From: Kofleriaceae bacterium | GTDB taxonomy: Bacteria; Myxococcota_A; Polyangia; Haliangiales; Haliangiaceae | Reading direction: 5' to 3' | Length of the DNA: 64,000 nt | Assembly: GCA_043759355.1 (NCBI GenBank) | Contig: JAYVLQ010000093.1 | Span: forward strand, 20,989-84,988 | Notes under the pieces: model-generated | What the model was told of the DNA's origin: nothing | Databases searched by the model: none | The model's input: the letters and a program-made list of their open reading frames with translations, nothing else | Shown: positions 10,345-20,120 of the stretch, piece after piece | How the letters are laid out: every line of letters begins with the position of its first letter | Numbering within the stretch: the stretch's first letter is position 1 | Translations under genes and position numbers: made by a program

Positions 10345-12000
10345 ATGGCCTTGCCGGCTCGTTTGCAGCGGTCTCGTTACATCTCGTGGTTCGCCCACAT
10401 GGGCGCGGTCTACCTGTTCCACGATCTCTACGGCTACTTGATGGAGATGAGTCCCGACATCGCGGATCTCATCGAGGCATTCGAGAACGAAGCCGACACC
10501 CACGCCGTGCTCGCGCAGTTCGCGAACCGGTTCGAAGGCGCCGATCCAGCACAGTTCCTCGACGTGCTCGTCGGACACGCCGTGTTGCTCGAGCCCGACG
10601 AGACCGAGCTCGAGAGCGTGTGGGCCTTCGTGCCGATGAAGGGCAAGTGGAACATCTGGCGTCGCCACGACGATCGCCTGACGCTCTACACCGCCTGGGG
10701 CGAGCGCCCGGTGACCGAGGTGATGCTCGATCCCGAAGAGACGTTGATGTGGGATGCGATGGATGGCGAGAAGCGGCTCGCCGAGCTCCGCCAGAAGCAC
10801 GATCCGAAAAAGCTCGCCGCCCTCGCACGCCGGCTCACGCACTCGGATGTCCAGGCGCTCAAGCTCTCGCTGATGCCGTGGTCGGCGTACGCGAAGCGGC
10901 CCGCGATGGCGCCGCCGTACCTGACCTCGACGATGCCGTACACGCCGTGGCAGCCCGGAACGCCGGTGCCTCCCGCGGTGTCGCTCACCGAGTACCACCG
11001 CACCGGCATCGACGAAGCGGACGAGCAGTTCGATCACCAAGAGACCACCCTGTCTCACTTACTGCGCGTGCCGCATCCCGCGCTCGCGCAACGCACCTAC
11101 GGCCAGGCGCTCGCCGACGTGCTCGTCACGCGCGATCTGGTGCCCGAGGGCCGCGTTCGCGTGCTCGAGATCGGTGCCGGCCTCGGCTATCTCGCAAATG
11201 ATGTGATCGCGCGCCTCGCCGCCGGCAACCGCACGGTCGAGTACACGATCCTCGAGCTGTCACCGACACTCGCCGCGGCGCAGCAGGAAAGGATCGGGGA
11301 CAAGGCCACCTGGATCGTGGGTGACGCGCTCACGGCCACGGTGCCGACTGCAGCCTTCGATCTAGTACTCAGCAACGAGATGGTCGGCGACCTCCCGGCG
11401 CGCGCGCTCTCGCGTGTCGAGCTGGGCCTCGCGATCGATGGCACGGGTAACGCGGACCCCGAGCTGGTGCGCGCCATCTCGCCCCTAGCGGCGGAGCATG
11501 CGCTTCACCTCGACGATGCGCCCGAGCCGCTGTATCTCCAGACCGGGGCGATCAACCTCATCGCACGGATCGCGACCTGGCTCGCGCCCGGAGGCACCGC
11601 GGTGATCACGGAGTTCGGCGATACGAATGCGTGGCCGCGCCTGTCATCGCATCTCGATCACCCGGAGCTGTCGACGCACTTCGGTCATCTGCTGCAAGTC
11701 GCGCGCGGTTGCGGGCTCACCGGCAGCATCGAGTTCGTGATCGATCTGCTCGACTTCGATCGCGATCAGCGTGGCCTCGCCACGACGCGTAGCCAGTTTC
11801 GCGCGTTGCGTTCACTGGCACGGGATGCCGGCGTCGAGTTATTGAAGATCGGCTATACGCGCGAGCTATTCGAGCACGCCGTAGCGAATAAGCTCGATCT
11901 AGCGGAGATCGGTGAGCTGCGTTTCGATCGCATCGAAGACCGCCTGATGGGCCTGGTTCCGCACGAATTCAGGGCTCTGATAGTCTCGAAGCCGCGCTGA
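10345..12000 (+). CDS. Class I SAM-dependent methyltransferase (MidA/DUF185-like C-terminal half) with about 230-aa N-terminal extension
   Basis: SAM motif RVRVLEIGAGLGYLAND, then FDLVLSNEMVGDLP and GGTAVITEFGD. The N-terminal region contains two PqqD-like-looking modules (see findings). The start could be the internal Met at 10399. Confidence 0.8.
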   Translation: MALPARLQRSRYISWFAHMGAVYLFHDLYGYLMEMSPDIADLIEAFENEADTHAVLAQFANRFEGADPAQFLDVLVGHAVLLEPDETELESVWAFVPMKGKWNIWRRHDDRLTLYTAWGERPVTEVMLDPEETLMWDAMDGEKRLAELRQKHDPKKLAALARRLTHSDVQALKLSLMPWSAYAKRPAMAPPYLTSTMPYTPWQPGTPVPPAVSLTEYHRTGIDEADEQFDHQETTLSHLLRVPHPALAQRTYGQALADVLVTRDLVPEGRVRVLEIGAGLGYLANDVIARLAAGNRTVEYTILELSPTLAAAQQERIGDKATWIVGDALTATVPTAAFDLVLSNEMVGDLPARALSRVELGLAIDGTGNADPELVRAISPLAAEHALHLDDAPEPLYLQTGAINLIARIATWLAPGGTAVITEFGDTNAWPRLSSHLDHPELSTHFGHLLQVARGCGLTGSIEFVIDLLDFDRDQRGLATTRSQFRALRSLARDAGVELLKIGYTRELFEHAVANKLDLAEIGELRFDRIEDRLMGLVPHEFRALIVSKPR

Positions 12001-12095
12001 GCCGTCATACCGCGCGCTTCCGCTCGTCGAGCCGAGGGTGATCGCCGGTGGCATCGCGACTGCACTACCTCCCAACAACTAGGAGGAACTGTCAC

Positions 12096-12362
12096 ATGTC
12101 GATTCGCCCCACTGCCTTTGCCCTTGCTGCTGCTCTTATCCTCGGTGCTCCGGCCGCGATGGCCACACCCAACTCCGATCGCTCTGCCGAGATGACCTCG
12201 CGGCCCATCGCCGCCCCGCGCGCCGAGAGCGCGACCTACGCACAGCGAGAGCAAAAAGACGCCGCGCACGTCGGCGACTACCAGGGCGGTAGCACCGTCG
12301 TGATTGGCATCTCCGGCGGCGCTCTGCTCGTGATCTTGATCGTCATCCTTATCCTCTTGTAG
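12096..12362 (+). CDS. Small exported protein with Gly-Gly motifs and a purely hydrophobic C-terminus
   Basis: ATG 12096 is preceded by AGGAGG (12081-12086). MSIRPTAFALAAALILGAPAAMA signal, polar middle, ...GDYQGGSTVVIGISGGALLVILIVILILL-stop. Confidence 0.6.
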   Translation: MSIRPTAFALAAALILGAPAAMATPNSDRSAEMTSRPIAAPRAESATYAQREQKDAAHVGDYQGGSTVVIGISGGALLVILIVILILL

Positions 12363-12364
12363 TG

Positions 12365-12925
12365 ATGAGGTTCGCGCTCGCACTTCTGCTCGCGACGGGC
12401 TGCCAGCTGGCATACACCGGCGGCGCCAGGCCCGTCACACCGATCGCGCTCGACGCCACGTGGGTTCACGCGGCACGCACGCCGGTCGTGGTGCAAGCAA
12501 AGGAGACCGATTGCGGGCTCGCGGCGCTCGCGATGGTGGCGGGTGCGTGGGGGAAAGCGTGGAGCGTGACCGAGCTCGCTCGGGTGATCGTGCCGGGCGA
12601 CAAGGGCGTGAAGCTCTCGGTCCTGCGCGACTACGCACGCGCCCACGGGCTCGAAGCGTACGCGCTCGCGGCGACGCCGGAGGATCTACAACGCGAGCTC
12701 ACTGCCGGTCGACCGGTCGTGCTCGGGCTGATGCTGCCGTACGACATGAAGCGCAACCAGACCCACTACGAGGTCGCGATCGCGATGCACACCGCCGACG
12801 GTACGGTGATCACGATCGATCCGGCCACCGGACGTTGGATGAAGCGGCCGAGCAAGGTGCTCGAAGCCGAATGGAACGCGGCGAGCCACGCCGCACTTGT
12901 CGTGACGGCCGAGGTCACCCCATGA
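12365..12925 (+). CDS. Lipoprotein with peptidase C39-like (double-glycine peptidase-type) domain
   Basis: Starts 2-5 nt after the previous stop (GTG 12362 / ATG 12365). Lipobox LLLATGC. QAKETDCGLAALAMVAGAWG is the Q-x5-C catalytic signature and THYEVAI is the candidate His. Confidence 0.75.
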   Translation: MRFALALLLATGCQLAYTGGARPVTPIALDATWVHAARTPVVVQAKETDCGLAALAMVAGAWGKAWSVTELARVIVPGDKGVKLSVLRDYARAHGLEAYALAATPEDLQRELTAGRPVVLGLMLPYDMKRNQTHYEVAIAMHTADGTVITIDPATGRWMKRPSKVLEAEWNAASHAALVVTAEVTP

Positions 12926-13329
12926 AACACCTACTCGCACTCGTCCTCGCGATCGCTCCTGCATGCGACTCGCATCGCGTCCGCACCGATCCGGTGACCG
13001 ACGTCTCGTTCGCGGACAAGAAGGCCGTGCGCATGCTCGGCCTCCACACCGAGAGCTCGATGCTCGCGAGCCAGCCCGACATGATCGCGACGTTCTCGGA
13101 GCAGCTCGCATTGGAGCCCGCGACGCGCGAAGCGCTCGGCACCCGCATCGAACTGTTCGCGCATGCGGTCACGGCGGCCAACGACGCGATCACGAAGCTC
13201 GAAGCGGCGAGCGCGGCGACGTGGGCGAAACGCGACGAAGACGTCGTTGTCGCAATGCGGCATCTCGAAATCGCTCGCGACGCTGCGTGGTCCGCGCTCC
13301 GAGCGGCCCGTACACCCCGCTCGTCGTGA
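12922..13329 (+). CDS. Lipoprotein, helical, unknown function
   Basis: ATG 12922 overlaps the previous stop (ATGA). MKHLLALVLAIAPAC lipobox. Trimmed from ORF 12460..13329. Confidence 0.65.
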   Translation: MKHLLALVLAIAPACDSHRVRTDPVTDVSFADKKAVRMLGLHTESSMLASQPDMIATFSEQLALEPATREALGTRIELFAHAVTAANDAITKLEAASAATWAKRDEDVVVAMRHLEIARDAAWSALRAARTPRSS

Positions 13330-13351
13330 GCGGTGTGTTAGCGTCGAGGCG

Positions 13352-14296
13352 ATGGCACCCAAGGCTCTGGAGTACAACGCCACGCTCGTCGAGCGCGTTG
13401 ATGTCACGGATGCGCTGACGATCTTCCGGATCAAGCCAGATCAGATGCCCGCCGAGCGGCCGTGGTTCGTGCCCGGTCAGTACTGCGTGCTCGGCGCGAA
13501 CAACCAGGCCAAGCCGGAGCTCGGCTCGGTCCGCCGCTCGATGTCGATCGCCTCGGCGCCCGAGGATGACGGGCCGGTCGAGTTCTACGTCCGGTTCGTG
13601 GCCAAGCCGGAGTCCGAGAATCCGCTGACCCATCTGCTGTGGAAGATCCAGCCAGGCGATCGGATCTACATGCGCCCTGTCGCGGCGGGCGTGTTCACCG
13701 TCAAGGACACGATCGGCACCGACGATCCGCGCCTCAAGGTGCTCGTCGCGGCCGGCACCGGCTCGGCGCCCTTCGTGAGCATGGTGCGCAGCGAGCTGCG
13801 TCGCAATCCCGAGGCGGACCTCTCGAAGTACGTGCTGCTCCACGGCGCGTCGTATCCCGCCGACCTCGGCTATCGCGACGAGCTCGCGCACATGATCTCC
13901 CACAACAAGCTCAAGTACTGGGGCACGGTCAGCCGGCCGAAAGAGGCCCCGGGATGGACCGGAGATACGGGCCGCGTCGAGACCTTCTTCGAGGGCGAGC
14001 GCCTCGCGGATCTCGAGCAGCGCTGCGGCCTGCCGACCGGCGGCTTCACACCGAAGAACGTCGTGGTCTACATCTGCGGCCTGACCGGCACGATCACCGG
14101 CACGGTCGTGCCGCTCATCGATAGGGGCTTCATTCCCGATTTCAAGCGCATCCGTGAAGCGCTCGGCGTACCCGCCGATGCGAAGGACTCCGTGTTCTAC
14201 GAGCAGTACGACACCGAGCCGGTGATCAACATCAAGGATCCCGCCGGCGTCGAACCCCTCAAGGCGCGCATGCAAGCGGCGCTCGCGAAGCTATGA
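13352..14296 (+). CDS. Ferredoxin-NADP+ reductase family flavoprotein
   Basis: Trimmed to ATG 13352. RSMSIAS (RxYS-type FAD motif), VLVAAGTGSAPFVSM (NAD(P) binding), YICGLTG. Confidence 0.85.
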   Translation: MAPKALEYNATLVERVDVTDALTIFRIKPDQMPAERPWFVPGQYCVLGANNQAKPELGSVRRSMSIASAPEDDGPVEFYVRFVAKPESENPLTHLLWKIQPGDRIYMRPVAAGVFTVKDTIGTDDPRLKVLVAAGTGSAPFVSMVRSELRRNPEADLSKYVLLHGASYPADLGYRDELAHMISHNKLKYWGTVSRPKEAPGWTGDTGRVETFFEGERLADLEQRCGLPTGGFTPKNVVVYICGLTGTITGTVVPLIDRGFIPDFKRIREALGVPADAKDSVFYEQYDTEPVINIKDPAGVEPLKARMQAALAKL

Positions 14297-14979
14297 CCGC
14301 CTTCGTCCTCGGGGCAACCGGGTTTGTCGGGCGCGAAGTCGTGCGTCAGCTCACCGTACGCGCCACGCCAGTGGTCGCGCATATCCGTCCAGATTCGAAG
14401 AGCCTCGCCGAGTGGAAGCAGAAGCTCGAGGCGCTTGGCGCTGTCATCGACACGACCACGTGGGATCCGGCGGCCCTCGCGGCGGCGCTCGATCGTCACG
14501 CCGCAACCCAGCTCTACATCTTGATCGGCACCACGCGCGGCAAGGCGAAGGCCGATGCTGTCGACGGCGACATCTACGAGAAGGTCGACTACGGCCTGAC
14601 GAAGATCGCGATCGAGGCGGCGCAGCAATCGCGGAGCAAGCCGCGCCTGGTCTATCTCTCCGGGATTGGCGCGAGTGCGACCGCTCGGGGCGCGTACATG
14701 CGGGCGCGCGGGAAGGCCGAAGATGCGGTGCGGGGATCCGGGCTGCCATGGGTGATGGCGCAGCCCGCGATCATCACGGGCACGCGCGACGAGAGCCGCC
14801 TCGGCGAGCACGTCGGCGCCGTCGTCGGGGATGGCTTACTCGCGGTCGTCGGCCTGTTCTCGAAGTCGCTCCAGCAGAAGTACGCGTCGACCACGCCCGA
14901 TGTACTCGCCTCGGCGCTGATCCGGATCGCCGAAGCACCCGAGCACGATCGCGCGTTCGCCGGCGCGGACCTGCGCTAG
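14293..14979 (+). CDS. NAD(P)H-binding atypical SDR / epimerase-like protein
   Basis: ATGA overlap with the previous gene. MTAFVLGATGFVGREVVRQL Rossmann motif. Confidence 0.8.
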   Translation: MTAFVLGATGFVGREVVRQLTVRATPVVAHIRPDSKSLAEWKQKLEALGAVIDTTTWDPAALAAALDRHAATQLYILIGTTRGKAKADAVDGDIYEKVDYGLTKIAIEAAQQSRSKPRLVYLSGIGASATARGAYMRARGKAEDAVRGSGLPWVMAQPAIITGTRDESRLGEHVGAVVGDGLLAVVGLFSKSLQQKYASTTPDVLASALIRIAEAPEHDRAFAGADLR

Positions 14980-17900
14980 TCGAACGATTTCTGCGGCGCG
15001 GTCGCGACCACGGCGATGGTCGCCTGGCCATTGACGGTCTCGCAGTGCAGCTCGAGCTCGTCGAGGTGCGCCATCAGCTTCTCGCGCTCCTTACGATCTT
15101 GCATGTCGCCCATGATGCCGAACGCGCAGATCGTGATCTCGCCCTCCGGTACACCCGTGAATTCGGCGACGAGATCGCCCGGTCGAAACACCTTGGCGAG
15201 GTTCTTCGGAATGCTCTCACCGGCCGGATGCTTGCCAAACAAGATCGAGAGGCCCGGGTAGCTCTGCGAGTTGAACTGGCCGGCATTCGTGAAGTTGTAG
15301 CGCCCCGGCAGCATGAATAGCTGCACGCCCTCGAGCGGCACGCTCAGGGTGCTTCGCCCGATGACATCGACCTTGCGCACCGAGCCACCCGGATCGAGCA
15401 CGAGGTTCGTGACCGGATCGCTGCCGGCATTGACGATCGTCGACGAGAACAACTTCTCCAGGTCACGCTCGACCACGAGCGAGACTTCGATCTTGTTCTG
15501 ACTCACACCGTCGATACTGAACGCACCATCTGCGCCGACCGGCGCCATCTGCCCGAAGTCGACGCGGTGATTTCCCGGGGGACCAGCGCCGACCGCGGTG
15601 ATCGTGTGATCGCGTCCACCGAGCACCACCTTGCCGGAGATCAACCGAGTCGGCTCGAGCACGAGCTTCACGTGATCCGCGATGGTGCTCGCGCCGGACC
15701 GCCGATCGGTCAGCTGCGCGATGATCGCGCCATGCTCGGCGCAATCGAGAATGACGAAGTGCCCGTTCGCATCGCTGGTCGCGACCCGCAAGTTGCCATC
15801 GCCTTGGTGCCAGCGCACATTCGGCAGGTATCCGATCGAATCCATGATGAGCACCGACCCTGCAGCGACGGTCGCGCCGGCTACCGGCCTTCCCTTTGCG
15901 TCGACGACATCGCCCTCGATGCGAACACCCTTGGTCGTGCTCGGCTTCCAGAGCCGCACGAGATCCGCATGGCCGCCCGCGATGTCCTCGCTCCAGTAAC
16001 GAACGAACGCTCGATCCTTCTCGAGCTTGAGCACCAGCTTGCTGTCGCCTTCCTGGCCTTTCAATGCACGAGCGATCGGGAGCCACCTGGTCACGAGCGC
16101 GCTGACCGCCTTGTAATCCTCGACCAGCGAGCGGCTGAACCGCAGCTCGATCTGCTCGAGCACGACGTTGATCGTGGCGCGCGGCTGGTTGAGGTTTTCG
16201 AACGTCGCGATATTGTGGTCGGAGAGTGCGAGCGCTTCTTTCCAGTTGCTCGCCTGACTCGCGACGAGGCCTCGGATGAAATCGAGCCGCGCATTGAGCG
16301 CTGGCTCGGCCACGCGCTGGACCGCCACATCTGCGCGCTTGATCGCCGCGATCCCACGTGCGCCGATCATGGGGACCTCCAGCTGATAGCTGATCGCCGC
16401 GAGCAACAGGTCGGCGCGCAACCGATCGTCGTCGCATTGTTCGACCATCGCGATCGCGTCGCTCATCGCGGTGTGCCTGGCCGGGTAGTCGGTCCCCGAT
16501 TTCTCCACCGCGTACAGCGCCAAGGACTTCGCGCAGGGATCGATGTTCGGCTTGTTGGCCAGCGCCTGTGCCGAGGCGAGCGTCTTGTCGGTGTCGACCT
16601 GGGCGCCTCCTTCGTCGTACTTTCGCGAGAGCTCGTAGGCGGCCACGACATCGGGCGTCGGCTTCAACACGAGGCGCGGTGGCGACGGCACGAGGCACAC
16701 CGCCGGATCGACGAGCGCCTGGGCGACGTCTTCCTCGTCGACATTCTTCGACGGCCCGTAGACGCGGCGCACGAGATCGATGCGCTGCAACGCGCCATCG
16801 AGGCAGTGGAGCTGCTGTGGTCGAACGATCGGCTCGGCCGTGCACGCGCTCGCGCGTGCGACCGCCCAGTGATTGATCTGCGCGTTGAACAGCTCCGACA
16901 GCGCCGGCGGCATGTCCTTCGCGAATGCTTCGCTCCACACCTTGCCCGGGTCGATCGCGGGTGGATCGCAGCTGGGGCCACGATGATGCAGCGCGAAGAA
17001 CGCGATCACGATCGCCGCGATCGCCCCGCCCCCGGCCGCGAACGCCAGCCCCGCTTTGCGCTCGGAGCTGCGCAACGCCGCGAGCAACGCATCCATGGTG
17101 GGGAACCGGTTGGCGGGATCCGTGTCCAACCCGCGCACCAAGATCTTGCGCAGCCGATGCGGCAGCTTCGAGACATCGAGCTCGGCAGGACCCCTGCGTA
17201 CTTCCGCCTTGAGCTCCTCGATCGAATCACCTTTGAACGGGCGTGCGCCGGTCAGAGCTTCCCACAGCGCGACACAGAACCCGAACTGATCCGCGGCCGC
17301 GCCGACGATGCCGCCGGTCCATTGCTCCGGCGCCATATATGCCGGCGTGCCGAGCACCGAGCCCGTCGCGGTGATGCCGGAGAGCCCGCTCGGCTGGTTC
17401 GCATCGGGGCGCAGCGTCACGTCGAGTGCGACGGCTTGCGCATCCTCGACACCGCGCGCGAGTCCGAAATCGGTGACGACGATCTTGCCGTCCTTGCGGC
17501 GCAGCACGTTGTGCGGCTTGAAGTCGCGGTGGACGAGGCCTGCGGCGTGCGCGGCGGCGAGCCCGCGACCGGCGCGGACGAACGCTTCGACGATCTCGAA
17601 CACCGTGCGCGGCTTTGCCGCCAGCCATTCGGCAAGGGTCGAGCCGTCGATCAGCTCCATCGCGACATAGTCACGATCGCCGACGGTGCCGACCTCGTGC
17701 ACGACGACGACGTTCTCGTGGGTGAGGCGCGCCATCGCGCGCGCTTCGCGCAACAACCGCTGACGTGCATCGCCTCCGACATTGGTCGTGCGCAACACCT
17801 TCAATGCGACGCGACGTTCGAGATCCGGATCGAACGCCGCGTGCACCACGCCCATGCCGCCCTCGCCGAGCATACGCTCGAGGCGATAGCGACCGAGCGT

Positions 17901-18011
17901 GGCACCGAGCTCGGGTGCAGCCGATTTCGGCGAATTGGGAGCGGTGGCGGTGTGCGCCAGCTCTTCGTCGAAGGTCGCCATCGAAGGCGCATGATAGCAG
18001 TAACTTTTCAC
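14976..18011 (-). CDS. Ser/Thr protein kinase with TM segment and large C-terminal extracytoplasmic region
   Basis: [35 protein letters not shown] segment [12 protein letters not shown]. The start may be MATFDEE at 17981. Confidence 0.9.
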   Translation of the reverse strand: MKSYCYHAPSMATFDEELAHTATAPNSPKSAAPELGATLGRYRLERMLGEGGMGVVHAAFDPDLERRVALKVLRTTNVGGDARQRLLREARAMARLTHENVVVVHEVGTVGDRDYVAMELIDGSTLAEWLAAKPRTVFEIVEAFVRAGRGLAAAHAAGLVHRDFKPHNVLRRKDGKIVVTDFGLARGVEDAQAVALDVTLRPDANQPSGLSGITATGSVLGTPAYMAPEQWTGGIVGAAADQFGFCVALWEALTGARPFKGDSIEELKAEVRRGPAELDVSKLPHRLRKILVRGLDTDPANRFPTMDALLAALRSSERKAGLAFAAGGGAIAAIVIAFFALHHRGPSCDPPAIDPGKVWSEAFAKDMPPALSELFNAQINHWAVARASACTAEPIVRPQQLHCLDGALQRIDLVRRVYGPSKNVDEEDVAQALVDPAVCLVPSPPRLVLKPTPDVVAAYELSRKYDEGGAQVDTDKTLASAQALANKPNIDPCAKSLALYAVEKSGTDYPARHTAMSDAIAMVEQCDDDRLRADLLLAAISYQLEVPMIGARGIAAIKRADVAVQRVAEPALNARLDFIRGLVASQASNWKEALALSDHNIATFENLNQPRATINVVLEQIELRFSRSLVEDYKAVSALVTRWLPIARALKGQEGDSKLVLKLEKDRAFVRYWSEDIAGGHADLVRLWKPSTTKGVRIEGDVVDAKGRPVAGATVAAGSVLIMDSIGYLPNVRWHQGDGNLRVATSDANGHFVILDCAEHGAIIAQLTDRRSGASTIADHVKLVLEPTRLISGKVVLGGRDHTITAVGAGPPGNHRVDFGQMAPVGADGAFSIDGVSQNKIEVSLVVERDLEKLFSSTIVNAGSDPVTNLVLDPGGSVRKVDVIGRSTLSVPLEGVQLFMLPGRYNFTNAGQFNSQSYPGLSILFGKHPAGESIPKNLAKVFRPGDLVAEFTGVPEGEITICAFGIMGDMQDRKEREKLMAHLDELELHCETVNGQATIAVVATAPQKSFD

Positions 18012-18034
18012 CGTTTTCGTCGTATGCCGTGCAT

Positions 18035-18481
18035 ATGACTACCTCCCAATCCGGGTTCGACATCACCCCGTTGCCGAGCGCGCGCGTGAATGCACTCGCT
18101 GCGGACTTCACGCCCGAGGAACGTCAAGTAATCCTGCATCAGGGCACCGAGCGTCCGTTCTGCGGCGTGTTTCTCGATAACAAGAAGACCGGCACGTACG
18201 TGTGCCGGCTCTGCGGGCTCCCATTGTTCAAGTCGGGCACGAAGTTCGATTCGGGCACCGGCTGGCCATCGTTCTTCCAGCCTGTCGACAAGGCGCACGT
18301 GCGCGATATCGAAGATCGCAGCGGCGGCATGCGGCGCGTCGAGAATCGGTGCGCGCGCTGCGACGCGCATCTCGGCCACGTGTTCGACGACGGCCCCGCG
18401 CCGACGCACCTGCGCTATTGCATGAACTCGGCGTCACTCAGCTTCGTCGAAGACGGTCAGCCGATCACGTTGAGATCCTGA
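18035..18481 (+). CDS. msrB: Peptide-methionine (R)-S-oxide reductase
   Basis: Trimmed to ATG 18035. [28 protein letters not shown]...[17 protein letters not shown]...RYCMNS. Confidence 0.9.
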   Translation: MTTSQSGFDITPLPSARVNALAADFTPEERQVILHQGTERPFCGVFLDNKKTGTYVCRLCGLPLFKSGTKFDSGTGWPSFFQPVDKAHVRDIEDRSGGMRRVENRCARCDAHLGHVFDDGPAPTHLRYCMNSASLSFVEDGQPITLRS

Positions 18482-18486
18482 ACTGT

Positions 18487-18515
18487 TTCGAGCGTCGTCG
18501 ATCAGAGCGCTCGAA
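18487..18515. terminator. Inverted repeat between convergent msrB and the small secretin-N-like gene (possible weak bidirectional terminator)
   Basis: TTCGAGCG (18487-18494) pairs with CGCTCGAA (18508-18515), 13-nt loop. No U-tract on either side. Confidence 0.3.
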
Positions 18516-18523
18516 CCCGCCGG

Positions 18524-18841
18524 TTACTCGATCGGCCGCACGAGCAGGATATTGTCGTCGAGCGTCATCCGTAGATGATGGAGGCCCGCGATCGTGCACG
18601 CGACCGCATCCCAGGCGACGTGCTTGAGCTTGACCGTGACCTTGCCGGTCACGGTCTCGCCGACGACGAGGTTGATGTTCGCGGTCTCGGCGAGCAACCG
18701 CATGACATCGTGAACATCCGCGCTCGCGATATCGAGATCGAGGACCTTGCCGTGGTGTTGCTTGCCCGGCGTGCAGAGATCGCCGGCATCCACCGTTCCC
18801 GGCGCCGCGGCGAGGAAGCACAAAATCAGCACGGCGCGCAT
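18524..18841 (-). CDS. Small secreted protein resembling a secretin N-terminal (PilQ N0/N1-type) module
   Basis: Signal MRAVLILCFLAAAPGTVDA. LDLDIASADVHDVMRLLAETANINLVVGETVTGKVTVKLKHVAWDAVACTI resembles the I-DF-DADIRDVLRLLAE-GLNIV-KVTL-L-DVPWDQAL pattern of secretins. Confidence 0.6.
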   Translation of the reverse strand: MRAVLILCFLAAAPGTVDAGDLCTPGKQHHGKVLDLDIASADVHDVMRLLAETANINLVVGETVTGKVTVKLKHVAWDAVACTIAGLHHLRMTLDDNILLVRPIE

Positions 18842-18863
18842 GGCGCGATGATAGCGTGCTCGC

Positions 18864-19967
18864 GTGCCGCTCGCGTTGCCTTTTCAACCGCCGGTCGAGC
18901 CGATGCTCGCAAAATTATGCTCGGAGATTCCCGAAGGCGAGCAGTGGATCTACGAGCCGAAATGGGATGGCTTCCGCGCGCTCGTGTTCAAGGCCGGGGA
19001 CGAGATCTACATCCAGAGCCGCGATCTCAAGCCGCTGGGTCGTTACTTCCCCGAGCTCGAGGTCCAGCTCCGCGCGAACTTACCCGACAAGTGCGTGCTC
19101 GATGGCGAGATCGTGATCGCGCACGAAGGCCAGCTCGATTTCGATGCGATGTTGCTGCGCATTCACCCCGCGGCGACGCGCGTAGCCATGCTCGCCGCCG
19201 AGAAGCCGAGCTCTTACATCGCGTGGGACATCCTCGCGCTCGGCGATGAAGATCTGCGAGCGTTGCCGCAACTCGAGCGGCGCGATCGCCTGGTCGCCGC
19301 ACTCGCGAACGCGAAGCCGCCGATCCATCTCACGCCCGCGACGCGTGACAAGGCCGTCGCGGCCGATTGGTTCCAGCGTTTCGAGGGTGCGGGCCTCGAC
19401 GGCGTGATGGCGAAGCCCGACTCGCTCGGCTATTCGCCTGGCAAGCGCGCGATGCTAAAGATCAAGCACCAGCGCACGGCCGAGTGCGTCGTTGCCGGCT
19501 TCCGCTGGTACAAGGGCGGCAAGGACACGCTCGTCGGTTCGCTGCTGCTCGGGCTCTACGACGACAAGGGCGTGTTGCATCACGTCGGCGTGTGCGCGGG
19601 TTTCAAGCAGACTGTGCGCGCGGAGCTCGCCGAGCTCTTGAAGCCGCTCCGCGATCGCGAGAACCATCCGTGGAAAGATTGGGCAAACTTTCAGAGCGGA
19701 GGCGACGACGAAGCTGCACCGCAACGCAAACCCGGTGCGACGTCGCGCTGGAATCGCGGCAAGGATCTCTCGTGGGAGCCGCTGCGCCTCGAGCTCGTCT
19801 GCGAGGTCACCTACGACCACCTCCAGGGCACGCGGTTCCGGCACGGCACGCATTTCCAACGGTGGCGCGCGGACAAAGCGCCGAGTGACTGCCGCTACGG
19901 CCAGCTCGAAGAGGTCGCAGCGATCGAGATCGCCCAGATCTTCGGTCAGGTATCATCAAGGTCGTGA
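18864..19967 (+). CDS. ATP-dependent DNA ligase (stand-alone LigC/LigD-ligase type)
   Basis: VEPMLAKL..., adenylation motif I EPKWDGFR, later motifs GLDGVMAK and MLKIK. No Ku gene in the window. Confidence 0.85.
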   Translation: MPLALPFQPPVEPMLAKLCSEIPEGEQWIYEPKWDGFRALVFKAGDEIYIQSRDLKPLGRYFPELEVQLRANLPDKCVLDGEIVIAHEGQLDFDAMLLRIHPAATRVAMLAAEKPSSYIAWDILALGDEDLRALPQLERRDRLVAALANAKPPIHLTPATRDKAVAADWFQRFEGAGLDGVMAKPDSLGYSPGKRAMLKIKHQRTAECVVAGFRWYKGGKDTLVGSLLLGLYDDKGVLHHVGVCAGFKQTVRAELAELLKPLRDRENHPWKDWANFQSGGDDEAAPQRKPGATSRWNRGKDLSWEPLRLELVCEVTYDHLQGTRFRHGTHFQRWRADKAPSDCRYGQLEEVAAIEIAQIFGQVSSRS

Positions 19968-20120
19968 TCAGGCGGTTCGATCCAGCCGAAGGCACCGGTC
20001 TTCGCGAACGGTAGTGGCGAAGCCAGCGGCGGCGGCGGCCGACTTCGAACATCTCGTGAGTGGCTTTCGCCATCCGGGAATCCTTGCACACCCGAGTCAT
20101 CCAACGCATCGTTTGACGCC

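Noticed and set aside
14976-14979. Convergent genes sharing stop-codon nucleotides (CTAG here, CTAA at 38102-38105, TAACTA at 34494-34499, and 20-27-nt 3' overlaps at 25452-25471 and 49947-49973)
   Set aside because: These are real but read as ordinary genome compaction. I see no evidence of a specific regulatory role beyond possible antisense or terminator-less read-through.
15567-18038. 823-aa plus-strand ORF
   Set aside because: It is antisense to the well-supported Ser/Thr kinase gene 14976..18011. Its composition is dominated by R/A/D/E/G and it has no recognisable motifs.
19968-20120. Possible small gene in the ligase-MATE gap (ORF 19807..20109 minus)
   Set aside because: The translation is Arg-rich nonsense overlapping the ligase 3' end. 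I treat the region as intergenic.
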